From NCBI GenBank assembly GCA_004764695.1, contig SMSO01000015.1, positions 45,734-94,417 on the forward strand: a DNA stretch of 48,684 bases. The letters run 5' to 3'. Position numbers and translations under genes: made by a program. Source of the stretch: Schizochytrium sp. TIO01 (lineage: Eukaryota > Protista > Bigyra: Labyrinthulomycetes). The notes under the pieces were generated by a model that was given only the letters and a program-made list of their open reading frames with translations, was not told where the DNA came from and ran no database searches. Below are positions 30,437-42,858 of this stretch, in pieces. Position 1 is the first letter of the stretch. Every line of letters starts with the position of its first letter.

Positions 30437-31553
30437 CACGACCTTTCGAGCAGAGAGATACGGGGAATTGCCTTACGTGAAGAGCGACCTGTCAACGAGC
30501 GTATCCCTGCGTGCAGACCTTGGCTAAGCTTGCACGACGACTGCAGTGGTTGCAGAAGGTTTGGACCTGTTAGTTGAATTTGCAAGTCTTGCGAAGTGGT
30601 GCGTGGACAACTTCTAATCTACTATAGCATTCCCTATCATACACTTATAGCTTGTCTAATTCCGATGAAGTGAGGTTTCGTGATTCTTATTTTCCTCGCA
30701 TCAGTCATAGGTAATGACCATGTATATTTTTTTGCTTGGGTAAAAAGTCGATCCACAACACTCATTTTGACATATCCCTATACTTTCGTACAACTCAACT
30801 AAAAACAGTTTATAGTTTCCCTCTTTTATCAGTGTAGCTGAGATGAAGGCAGCCTCAGCCGTCCGCGATTGATGCACTGAAGATCTTCACGGATTGCAAG
30901 GCCACTAGGTATTTGAAACTTCTGATTGCGACTATTGAAATTGTCATCAGAACTCTGCAACTATTTTGAAGTGGTCCTATTCTCACCCCTTTCACACAAT
31001 GGAGAGACAAAGAGTAATACTTATTTTTCGTACCTAGCTAGATAGATATCTATCTACCTTGGCTTTTATGGAATCCAAATGAAAACACCCACTACTACCT
31101 AGATACTATCTAGCTAGAGAGTAGAAAAGCTGATTACTAAGAGAGTCTCCCCATCTAAACTAATAGTATTTACTGTTTACTTAGTAGTGTACTTTTGAGT
31201 AATAGGTACGTACCTACAAACTTAACTTATAATGATGATGAATCTTCCGGTGGGCTTGGAAGCCCCTCAAGCTCCCCCTCTCATCTTATAGTTTGTTCTA
31301 AGAGTTGTAGGCAATTGCAGACTATCATACTACTAGTATAAATTCATGGAGGGGTGTGCGTTCCTATGCCACTGGTGAGACTAAAACAGCAGATCCAGTA
31401 GAATACGTAGCTTTCCTGAAAGTAGTCGTCCCCAAAGAGGGAGGGAATTAGCATGACTACGAACTCAGCAAAGGAATATAGAACAGCAGGGATGCGCAGC
31501 AGCAAATCCTCAACCGGGCCTGCTCTTGGACGAAGGAGGACAACGCTTGTAGC

Positions 31554-34500
31554 ATGAGCTTGACAAACATTGCGGACCCTGAGGTCAAAGTAGCCAAAGC
31601 TCTGCAAGAGCTACGGAGTGGCACTGTTTCTGAACGGTAAGCTGCGACAAGCCATCGGCATAGATAAAACAGAGTTTTCAGCCAGCTAACAAATCTTTCT
31701 TCATTGGACTTCACAGCGCGTTTTACGAAGACATCACAGAAGATGATCTTCTCACCTTAGCTCAGCTACTTGAAAGAACGAGAGATTTAATCAAGCTCAC
31801 GTAAGTACCTTCTTTTCAAGAAACATCACTTGCTACTTGGGGAAAGCAAACAAACTAACACGTTCTCTCAAGCAGTCTCTTGCAAAGCAGTATTGGAGAT
31901 GATGCGGCTGCGGCCTTAGCGGATGGATTGGCCAAAAATCAATCCTTGAGGGAGCTCACGTAAGTTTGACAAAACATCTGTAAAATCCGTGCTTCATTCT
32001 CCCAAACTAACCGCATTAGACTTCTCTGATTTGATGTCCGAACCCCTTTCCTTTTCACGAATAAAAGGATTGCAGACAGTAACCTGACAGAAGAGGGTAC
32101 ATTGGTGCTCGCCAATGCCTTGAAAGCGAACCGATCTCTCATCATGCTTTCGTAAGTCCTGTTTCGGAATTTATACAGCACCCTCAGATGACTAACTTCT
32201 TTATTGCGTCCATGTTGAGGTGAGACCTAGTCTTGGCCAAAGCCACATAGGTAGGCTTGGCGCTCAGACGCTGGCACCCATCCTAATCGAAAATGAAACA
32301 CTTATTATGCTCAAGTAAGTGCAACGAACTATTGTCGCAACTTCCTGCTTCTTCTTTCTAACCTAAATCATGGATGTATTTTATTGTCGAATCCCAGCCT
32401 GGGAAATAATGAGATTGGGGACGATGGCGCAAAAGCTCTTGCGGAAGCCTTACCTTCTAGCAAGCTGCTACAAAGTCTCGAGTACGTTTGAGAGATTCTG
32501 GCAAATACCACTGAAAATACTAACTGAGTTGCAACCATTCTAATAGACTGGCAAACAACGGAATTGGACCTGAAGGTGCAGAAGCACTCGCCGTGTCTTT
32601 AATAGAGAATGAGAACTTGAACTTTCTTGGGTAAGTCATTTACATGAATCATTGAGATTAGGGCATTCAACCTAACCTTGAAACTTTCAATGTGCTCTCC
32701 TTCCAAACTCAAGGCTTTCATGGAATCACATTGGGGACCGCGGAGCACAGGCTCTTGCTCAGCCTCTGTTAACCAGTGATTCTCTCACCACTCTATAGTA
32801 CGTTAACTTTATTCGTTATTTCCTTTGAATTTGTAGCATGCTAACCTCTCTTCAACTAACCACAACATTCTACGGATATCAGCCTCGTCAAAAACGGTAT
32901 TGGAGACGACGGCGCAGAAGCACTTGGGAAGGCTCTCGAGCTAAATAACTCTGTTGTGTACCTCTAGTGAGTGTATCATATTTATTCTACTGTCTTTGGA
33001 GGGCCTGTGTGAGCTTTGTGTCTAACTAACGAACATATCAAAATTTGGTGGTCTTAGCCTTCTAGAGAACAACATCAGGGACCTCGGTGCAGCTGCATTG
33101 GCTAAAGCCTTGGAGAAAAATGAAATGTTGAAAAGACTCGAGTAAGTTGCTTCGAATTTGATGGTCACGATTCTAGTCCTCTAACCAGTAATGAGATAGA
33201 CTTGCGCTTAACGATATTGGCCCTGATGGAGCTGCTGCGCTCGCTGAGGCGCTCAAGAAAAATGAATCTTTGACATCACTCGCGTACGTTTTAGAGAATG
33301 GAGTTATTTGTTTGCCGATGGAACCAAAATTAACTTGAGGAGTATACGCAACATTTTCTTTCTCAATTGCTGGGTAAAACAGTCTCTCTCGAAATCACAT
33401 TGGCGATGAAGGCGCCACAGCCCTTGCTGCTGGTCTAAGCGTGAATCAAACTCTAGCTTCTTTGTAGTAAGTAACATGGCGAGATCTGAATAATCACAAG
33501 CAGAGACTGACATTAGTTGAACCTGCGCTTGCGAGAACATAGTCTTGTGAAGAATGCAATCAGTAGCACAGGTGCAAAGGCTTTAGCCGAGTCTCTTGAG
33601 ACAAACAAAGCTTTGACTCGTCTCAGGTAAGACATTTGTTTCAGAAGGGTATTTCTTGGGTATTTTACTCTATTGAAATGCGTGAGAATGTGTTGGGTTG
33701 TTTTGGACTTTCGCAAAAGAAGACCAGCTTCATCCAAGCAATTTTACTAACATACTGCTTTTCTTTTTTTCTTTCTTATTATTTTAAATTTAATTCAATT
33801 GATCGTTTCTACGCAATTGAACAGTTTGGACTGGAATTATGTAGGGAGTGAGGGAGCCAAGTCTTTGGCCGTAGCCCTTCACACGAACCAGACTCTTCGC
33901 TGGCTAGAGTAAGTCAGGCACGTTTATTGTTTCAAGTGCAACAGAGTGCGAGGGGATCAAAGAGACTAATGACAATATACTTTTCTTGCCACTTACTTGT
34001 GTTCTGCATATCTAGTTTATTCCATTGTCCTATTGGAAAGCCTGGTGTCAATGCCTTGGCGGACGTAGTACATGCGGATAACGTTGGCCTCTGGAAACTT
34101 TCGTAAGTTCTGCATCTGGCGTCAATGAGAATCCATGGTAAATATAATCCGAACTAACTAACTAACTGATGCAAATTGCTACCAAAACATAGTCTCGATT
34201 CGAAAGACGAAATGCTCTCGATTCAAGAAATTCTGCGAATTTCTTCAAAGACAGATATCGTCCGACAACAAGTCAAAGAATACGGAGAGAGAGCTCTTGC
34301 AGCCCTTCAAGGAGACGTCAAGGTTAGATGGGGGCGAGCCAAAGTAATGGTAGTCGGCAAAGTTGGTGTGGGCAAATCAGCTTTGATTCGTGCACTTTTA
34401 CACGAACCAGAAATACAAGATGCTGGCGATACAGCTGCTCCGCCAGGCATACAGATCAAGCTAACAAGGTCAAGAAATTGGACATCACAACAGCGTATTG

Positions 34501-36059
34501 ACACAGCCGACCTCGGCAAGGTCTTTGCTCAGCAGCAAACCACTCGCAAGAGCCTATTGCGCACTGCCAGTAAACGTGTCTCTCAACGCCTCTCGCAAAT
34601 TGCTGGCTCGAGCCAACGCCGTCGCCCTTTGGTTAACATTTGGCCTTCAAAGCTCGAGAAGACTTACGATGCCAAAAGCATGTTCGAGGCCAAGCAACGA
34701 GCCAAGGCCGGTGGAGGTGCACGAGGAAGTCGCCTTACAGATGAAGATATTAGCTTCAGCTTTTGGAATTTCAGTGGTCCGGAGGTCCTCCAAGATCTGT
34801 TCTGTACCCCAGACGGTATCTACATTCTTGTGTTCGATCTACGTGAACTTGCTGGTAAGGAAAACTTCCCAGGGATAGACGATAACTTAGACAATCCCGG
34901 GCAAGCACGTTCTTCCCTGAGCGCTTGGCTTCGTAAGATCAAAGTCTACGCCCCCAGTGCCCAAGTGCTACTGGTTGGTACCCACTACGACGCTGTGAAT
35001 ACTCACGAGATGCTGCAAGCCATTGATGTCGATGTTGCAACAATCTTTGACGAGAGTGGTGGAAACCTACGCCTTTTAGAAAATGCACGTGATGACCTTC
35101 ACTTTTTCCTTTTTGATAAGACCGACGAACACGATTTGCAAGGCCGTCTTCAAGATCTCCGTAATCTGCTTACTTCGATCGTGGTCGATAGCGACTTCTT
35201 GATGCAAAAGTTTCCCCTTCGATGGCTTTGGTGCCTCGATCAGCTGTTCATGCCTCCAGGAAAGCATACAACATATAACAAGGTACTTTCTTTGGCACAC
35301 AAAAAATGCGGCCTAAACGAGGATACTGATGTTCCAGAGCTCCTTTCGTTCATGCAAAGGCGAGGAGTCCTGGTTCATCTCACATGTACAGGTCCCTTAC
35401 GCAATCTTGTCATGACCCATCCGCAGTGGGTTATTACCAACCTTTCTCGCATAGTTTGCGCTCGGCAGCACATGGGAGGTATTGCGGACGAGCTCCTCCA
35501 GGAGTATCCAGGTCTCGAGGGGGACTTGACTGATTGGTCTTCCCAGGGTTTAGTAAGCCAGAATCTTTTGGCCGCATTCGTCAAGCGTCAGCATGCTCCT
35601 TTCTTCAGCGAACTCATGCAGGAACTTCTTCTTGCTTGCGCAAGCCCGTGGTCCATGGGAGATGAGTGTATGCTCGTTCCGAGCTTGTTGCCACCCATCT
35701 CGCTTTCGAAGTTGCAGGACATTCTCGAGACGGACTTTGGTATGGAAGAGGCGGTGGCCCATATTCAGATGAGCTTATTTTCCGAAGGTCTTTTTGAACG
35801 ATGCATTGCACGTGTTTTGCAGGATATGCACACCATTGAAGATGTTTTAGGCATTCATGCCAACCTTTTGTACTTGCAGGTCGAGAACATAGGCCCCTTC
35901 CTGATTCGTGCAGATCCTGAAAATTGTTGCATCGCGATGCATTCGCATCTTGGGAAACCTGCTGACTCTGCAAATGACTTCGTACTTAACTGCGTGACTC
36001 ACATCGACCAAGCCTTCATGAACAATACCTTGCAACCAACTATGAATGATGATACCTGA
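31554..36059 (+). CDS. LRR-ROC-COR (ROCO) protein, ~1042 aa, 16 exons: 31554-31636, 31717-31800, 31876-31959, 32068-32151, 32231-32314, 32398-32481, 32547-32630, 32714-32797, 32883-32966, 33058-33141, 33200-33283, 33383-33466, 33543-33626, 33825-33908, 34016-34102, 34193-36059
   Basis: Thirteen 84-nt and one 87-nt phase-2 exons each encode one LRR (e.g. LGNNEIGDDGAKALAEAL, LALNDIGPDGAAALAEALKKNESLTSL). The terminal exon has KVMVVGKVGVGKS (P-loop), SFWNFSG, IYILVFDL, LLVGTHYD and a COR-like region (FPLRW...LLSFMQRRGVLVH...HPQWV). Total 3129 nt in frame. Confidence 0.9.
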
Positions 36060-37405
36060 AAGCGCATCTTCATCGAGACTGTTGCAAGTGTGCTTGTATG
36101 ACTCTGATCGTCTTGATGATCTTCATTGTCACGGCATTCTACGATGACTGACGGCAAATCTGGCCCACTCTCAGTTCTTTCTTTTCCATCCCTGAATCTT
36201 TGGCCCAACACACTAGCTGGTTTAAAATCTCATTTATCCATGTTCATTTTTCATTGAAGTCGAAAATAAGCACACCCAGGTTGCAAAGATAAATACCAAA
36301 TTTACTCTCGCTCATATTAGCAGAAGAAGGCAACTCAAAGGTTCATTCGCCAATACTCTCTAGAGAGGTTCTACTATGACTTCTATGAAAGTCCAAAGTC
36401 GAAAAGCAGAGATCTCGCCAGAATTCCGCGCAGTCTCGGTCTCTTGGACGCCTGATTGTGTGGTCCCGATGCTGGCTGTGCCAGGGTACCCACTTGCCTT
36501 GGTGAGAAGTGATCAGCTCGCAAAGCTTTAGCTTCTCCGACCTATGAAGGACAAGAGAGCCAAAGAGCCATCGCTACTAATGGAGGAAGATTCCAACTCT
36601 TCGAAAGCCTGCGCGTTCTTTTCGCCTCTCAGGAGTTCTTGAGATTCTGCGCTTTTCAAGCGTGGTCCTTGCCGTGGCTACTGCTAGCAGTCACCTATGC
36701 TCTACTCTACGGCTGCTAGTTTTGAGGCACTCTGGTTCTAGTAGTAGGTGGACCTACTGCCAATCCATCTCAAGCACAAGCAATCAATGAATGCGGACGT
36801 ACCTACTATCAATGTTCTTGCTTCAAGTTGGTTGAAACTCAAGTCACGTGAGTGATCGTGGGTTTATACCCAAAGATTTTGCTGTGACTAGTGATCTCAA
36901 GTAGGTAGGTGGGCCATACTTTCAAGGCTTTTGAGTCCTTAGGCGTTCGAGGCGCACGCTGAGGCCTCCAGCTCTGCCCGGTCGCCAGGCCTTGACATCA
37001 GGACAGAAGCTGACGCGCCAAGCGTCGCGGCCTTGGCACGCATAGTCAGAACTGGTTATACCTAGGAGTAGCAACAGCGGCCGCAGAAATTACCTTGGGT
37101 TGAGATGCTGACGCCGTAGAGAAAGAACCGTTTGAGCCCGTGCGCAACCTGTCCCACCTCGGATGTAGCTGGTTGGTCGTGGGTGCCGAGAAAGACAGCG
37201 GTCTCAATTTCTTTCAGCAACAGTGCTCCCACCTGAACTACCTAGCAGAGGCTGGTAGGTAGGAACTGCCGACTAATACAATTGCATTGAAGTGGATCTC
37301 TTCTTGGCCACATGGATGCAGTTCGTAATCCAGGTGGTATGCAAAACCGATTCAAGGCTTTGAGCAAGCAGTCTGTGTCTAAAAATAGAGAACCATTTCA
37401 TCAAC

Positions 37406-39063
37406 ATGGGGACAGGAGATCTCTTGCATACCTGCAACAACAACACGCCATTTTCTCGTGACAGAGATCCTGCACATGAATCTGTGCCACCTGCAGATAA
37501 GTCAAGGAAAGAAAATGCTGTCGTGCTGCTCGAAAATACATTAAAAAATAGACAAGTCATAGAAGAGGAGCTCTTAGCGCGTGAGCAAGAGCGTGCCATG
37601 CGGCGTGAACGATTATCATCTTCAGGCACAGAGGAAGAGCTTCCTAGTTCCTCGAGCCCTTCAAGCGATTCAGGCGTTACTATGGAGCCTAATCAGATCG
37701 AAACTACTTACGACGGTCGCCCTCTCCTTGCCAAACTCTCAGTAAGCGATTTGCAAGCCCGTGGTCTCGAGCTTCAACCACATCATCAAATCTATCTCAC
37801 AATAACGATGGAGGGCGTTTGCAAAACAACAGACAGGTCGCCAGAACCCTCCCCTGATGGAAAGATCATCTTCTCGCATCCCAACACTGATCCTCTACAA
37901 TTCAACGTGAGTGATGTAGCAGCAAACCTCATGGTTGCGCTCTACAGCAAACCACAACCACAACCTGGCGCTCAGGATTTATGTGTTGGTAAGGTAATTG
38001 TACCTTTGTCAAGACTATACAAGGATGCCTTCTTGCCGCGCTTGCTAAGCAGGCGTCATAACCATTTTTCTTTTGACAGCTGGTTTGAACTGTACCCAGT
38101 CAAACCCTCGCAAAACCGTTTTGAGCTTGCGATTCCAGGTCTTTCAGGGCTCTCTCCATCTCGAAAATCATTGGGCCAACTGCATCTTCGCTTGGAATTG
38201 CAAACCAAACCTGGCTATCCTTTAGCCCTCTGTGCGTTCCTCAATCCACCATTCACACCAACTCAACAACCTAGTACTCCTTCCTTCTCTGCATCTCAAA
38301 GTGCAGCATCGCTATCTCATACGTTGAAGGCCGTCAAATATAATGAACTGCGTCTTCAAGCCCTTTTAGCTTCCATTAAAGCTACCCTCGACTCCATTCG
38401 TAGCGTTCGCCACTGGGAACGACCGCAAATCACTGGTTTGTTGCTTGCTTGGCACACGTATGCGTGTCTTTATGCTGCATGCTGGCAGCTACCAATGCTT
38501 ATCACAGTCTTGGTGGTGGGCTGTAGTCTTGCTTTCCCGTACGCTCCTTCTGGGGAAGCACCGCAAATGTATACTTCAGAAACTGCCAGAATTCGGAATG
38601 GGGTAAAAGATGACGACCAATTCACTCAGGACTTCTCTCTGACCGAACTTGCAAGTTTGCTGACAAAGATCTCTTGCACGACTGAGCGACTTTTCAATGC
38701 ATTCAACTGGACAGATAAGATTGCGAGTTTGGGGGTATCTCTTGCCGTCTTGCTAACGGGACTAGCAGCTTCTGTTTTTGCGTTCGGACTTCATGTCTTT
38801 ACGACTCATTGTCTACCTCTGCATCATATTTTATATATAGGCGGTGTTTATTTCTGAGTCCTTCGGTGATTGACAAGGTACAGTGTTCGGTTAAGAAGGC
38901 TGCTAGTGCAATTTTGAATCGCGCCAAAGTATCGGAATCTGCCATATGGCAGTGTCCCGCAGTTTGCATTCAAATGTTGTGCAATCTAAATGCGCGTATC
39001 CTTGATGCTGAAGAGCTTGTTCATCGCCGAATTGCCAGCACACAAGAGGTACAGCTACCCTAG
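37406..39063 (+). CDS. C2-domain transmembrane protein (MCTP/PRT_C-like), one apparent 1-nt frameshift near 38850
   Basis: C2-like strands CVGKVIVPLSRL...DSWFELYP...LGQLHLRLEL; RHWERPQIT and ERLFNAFNWTD followed by hydrophobic helices. Overlapping ORF 38809-39063 continues the protein. Confidence 0.65.
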
Positions 39064-40624
39064 ATATATGACAATTAATATTTTACATATGTGCTTAGCT
39101 AATTTTATCCCAATTAACAATGACACTAGCAATATCATGAGCTAGATTACAACACATATCCTTTTTTTTACTGGTTACAGGCATGCTTTAAAGGCAAACT
39201 TATTTCCTTGTCGCCACTTTTGGTTGAGTTCGAAATGAATCTCCAAGCGCCGCGAGGAGACCACATATGGTTGTCACGCCTAGATGTTGTCTACAAAGAA
39301 GGTAGCTCTAGTAAAGCAGGTTATGTATCCTTTGATTGGTAGGAGAGACTAGAAGATGGGTTACTCCCTGTGAAAAACGAAATGTGTGCAAATTTGCTAC
39401 TTTTTCTGCCGAAATATAATTCTCTTTTCGATCATAAAAGCACTTGGTAGAATCACAGAATTTCTGAACAATACATACGAATTTAACTCAAATGATGAAA
39501 CAAGAAAAGGTTTTCTTCAGTTTGTTACCATAACTAACAATTGCTTTTGTTTGCCCGCCCACTATACTATGCTAACAGACACCTAGTTCCCATGCTAAAA
39601 GTAATACCAATAAATCATCTTATTCACTCTCACTAGTTAGAGTACTCAGTGAAAATATTTTCAGCTTGAGTAAAATGTACTCTAAAGCAAGCACACATGG
39701 TTAGTATGATATCAGTACATTCTTTTGGGTTGAGTTTTCAACCCAAGCAAAACGATTTTAACTCAGTACCTCTGACAATCACTGATTGCCATATCAACCT
39801 ACTAGGCAATCCTTTGACTTTCATGAAGGCTCAAGTCACAACAATCACCGCTACTACTATTTTTCCTATATCCATACACCTACTAGTAGAACTATAAAGC
39901 CCTTAATCTTTACCTAGTGATATTAATAGTATTAGTTTACAACTACCAGCATCGTAGAAAGTATCTACCTCCTACCTACATGCTACTACTAGGTGGTGTG
40001 CCGATATAGATATAGTAGAAGCATACTAAACCCTACCTATCTTAGTTAAGGGCTACCAAGGCAGAGAGATATGTCGCTTCTAGACACCAATCTGAGACCA
40101 GCGACGGCTTCTTCGTGCAGGAGTGACAAGCACCTCTGTTTGGCCACCTGTACCTAAGGGCAAAGCACCCTCATCGCATCTTAGGCAAAGGCACCTCCTC
40201 AAGAGCGAACAAACAATCGTGTGGATCTCTCTTTGTTGTGATCAAGGGAAGGATCGAAGGCCAGAGCTACGCTTTCTGCACCCTCTTATTCGACAACAAG
40301 TGCAACAGCCCAAACCCAAGTACTAAAAGACTGTTCCTTGCTCAGCCAACTTGGGTGCCCTTCAACTCAAGCAAATCCAAGAGACTTTGAATTCAGCTGG
40401 CCTGCTTAGTTTTTGGTGGGCTTGGGTCAGGTGCAGAAAACAACCAAGACTCCACAAGGACGTCACCTTTGTTGCTTTGTTTGGAGTGGGGTGAACGAGG
40501 AAGACTCGGTTTTAACTTTACGAAGATATTCTGGTGCTTCAACAGTCGCATAATCGTGGAGCACCTTCAACGAATTTAACCCGTGACGGAGCTCGTAAAG
40601 AGTTTAATATCAAACATCCACACA

Positions 40625-42430
40625 ATGGTTCGGGCCATGAGTATGATGGATGTGGATGAGGCTACGCCATCCACAGACCATCAGGGGGAAAGTGGATCGC
40701 AGCAAGTAGATAATGCCTTTGAAATCACCGATACTCAGCCGCTCAAATCGAGCCAAGACGACGAAGAATTTGAAGAGGAAGAAGATGCGGTGTGGGGACG
40801 CCTCGTCCACACGGAGCGCAGCTCGCTATATCAGCCACCGCCTCCTCAAAACGGGGCGTCGCGAAGGGCCGGCCGCGCGAACCCAGAGATTGGTGCCGTT
40901 GATGTAAAAGGTGACTTGTTTAAAATTGGACGCGGAGACTTTATGGATCTTCAAGTCCGTGATGTCTCAGTCAGCGTAGAGCACTGCATCCTTGAACGTC
41001 AGGGGGACACCGTTTTCATTTCTGATAATCAAAGCTCCAATGGAACTTATGTCCTGGGAAAACGCCTTAAAAGAAATCAGCGAAAAGAACTTAAAAATGG
41101 CGATGTTTTCTCGTTGGTACGTTCGCGACCAAGCTCGGCGGTCCAGGAATGGTACGAGTTCTGCTTCGAAAAACTCATCACCTCCTCTCAGCATGAAGAC
41201 GAGATGAATCGCCTGAGGTTTGCCCAACGGGTTTCCCACGGCGAGGGCCCACAAGCGGGTGGGGCTCTTTCACAGGCTATCATGGTCGCCTCCGCAGGCG
41301 GAGATAGCGGCATTGCTGCAGCAATGCAGTGTGAAGAGTTCGTCACCAAATATGAGATTCTCAACAAACTTGGTGAAGGTGGCCATGCAAAAGTGTATCG
41401 CGTTCGTTCCCTCAGGGATCGGCGCGCGTATGCTCTAAAGGTCGTGGATAAAAGGCAATTTGCAAACAACCGACACGCACGTTCACTCAAGGATTTAATG
41501 AACGAAGCTCTCATTATGCGTTCACTGAATCACCCAGGTATTATTCAATTGGTGGACATATTTTCTACAGATCGTACCCTTTTGTTGATTATGGAACTGG
41601 TACACGGAGGTGAGCTTTTTGATAGGCTCGTCAACAAAGGCTCATATCCGCAGGCAAAGGCTCGTGCACTCATTAAGAACATCCTTCTTGCGGTAGCTTA
41701 CCTCCATGACCTTGATATAGTTCATAGAGACCTCAAACCAGAGAACATTCTCATGACTTCGGTCGAATCAGACGTTGACATTAAACTCGCTGATTTTGGC
41801 CTTGCTAAACAAGAAAACAAAGGTCGGCGAACCCTGTGTGGCACTATTGGCTATGCTGCACCTGAGGTTCTTCGTCGAGAGCAATCAGAATTAGGATTAG
41901 GAACCTATGGAAAGGAAGCTGATATGTGGAGTCTCGGAGTCACTGCCTATATTATTTTGACCTCGATTCCCCCCTTCCCGTCGGATTCTGGTTCTCATGA
42001 CTTTCATCTGGCAGCTCTTAAAAGAGCTCCTGAATTCCTCGCCTTCCCTGCCGACCTGAGGAACTTTATTCTTGGAATGCTTGAAGTTGATGGCAAAAAG
42101 CGTCTAACTGTACACCAAGCTCTTCGCCATCCTTGGCTTAGGGATTCTCTGAGCGATTCGGGACCTATGCCAATGCCCAGACAACCTGCTTCAAGTGCTA
42201 GCAAGAACAAAGTCTCGGCTGCTACAGCCCAGACTGGTAACCCTCCTGCTCCTATTTCAGTGAATATCCCCCCATGTCCTCCTCCGCATCCTCTGCATGA
42301 CAGAAGCAACGTACCAGAAACAGATGACGAAGACATCACAGGTACTTCGAAGCGCAAAATTGATTCTTCAACAGCTGCTCAAGGCCGCCTCAAACTTGTC
42401 AAAATTCGCAGTGACGAGTCTCTCCTTTAG
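40625..42430 (+). CDS. CHEK2: FHA-domain Ser/Thr kinase, CHK2/Cds1/Rad53-like
   Basis: N-terminal SQ/TQ sites; FHA (IGR...VSVEHC...SSNGTYV); CAMK-type kinase (GEGGHAKV, ALK, HRDLKPEN, DFG, CGTIGYAAPE). First in-frame ATG at 40625. Confidence 0.8.
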   Translation: MVRAMSMMDVDEATPSTDHQGESGSQQVDNAFEITDTQPLKSSQDDEEFEEEEDAVWGRLVHTERSSLYQPPPPQNGASRRAGRANPEIGAVDVKGDLFKIGRGDFMDLQVRDVSVSVEHCILERQGDTVFISDNQSSNGTYVLGKRLKRNQRKELKNGDVFSLVRSRPSSAVQEWYEFCFEKLITSSQHEDEMNRLRFAQRVSHGEGPQAGGALSQAIMVASAGGDSGIAAAMQCEEFVTKYEILNKLGEGGHAKVYRVRSLRDRRAYALKVVDKRQFANNRHARSLKDLMNEALIMRSLNHPGIIQLVDIFSTDRTLLLIMELVHGGELFDRLVNKGSYPQAKARALIKNILLAVAYLHDLDIVHRDLKPENILMTSVESDVDIKLADFGLAKQENKGRRTLCGTIGYAAPEVLRREQSELGLGTYGKEADMWSLGVTAYIILTSIPPFPSDSGSHDFHLAALKRAPEFLAFPADLRNFILGMLEVDGKKRLTVHQALRHPWLRDSLSDSGPMPMPRQPASSASKNKVSAATAQTGNPPAPISVNIPPCPPPHPLHDRSNVPETDDEDITGTSKRKIDSSTAAQGRLKLVKIRSDESLL

Positions 42431-42858
42431 ATGTCTTCTTAGTTCTCATGAATGAATGGATGGATGCCTTCCATTATGTATGTGTACTTCACAGGCAAAC
42501 CACCTTCATTTTGTATGTCTCGGATTATTGTTCATTCGAACAGTGTGTAATACATACTTGGCTCTTTTCTTCCTCTTTTTTTTTTTTTTTCTTTTTCTTT
42601 TTCATGTTTTTCTCAAGGTAAACGATATTTCTTCTTCTTCTTTTGACCACTACCTACACTTGTAAACGCTTGAAGCATTTCTATTCTTGATCAGACCTAT
42701 TATTTTCTGCAGTTGATTGACGATATAGAAAAGGATTTAGAGGACACAAAACACAATATCGAGGAAATAAACAAAACTTGAATGCCGACTTTCATTGTCT
42801 AAGGAAACGGGGAATATGGATAACGTTTGAAAAGAAAAGAAATAGAGAGTACCTAATT

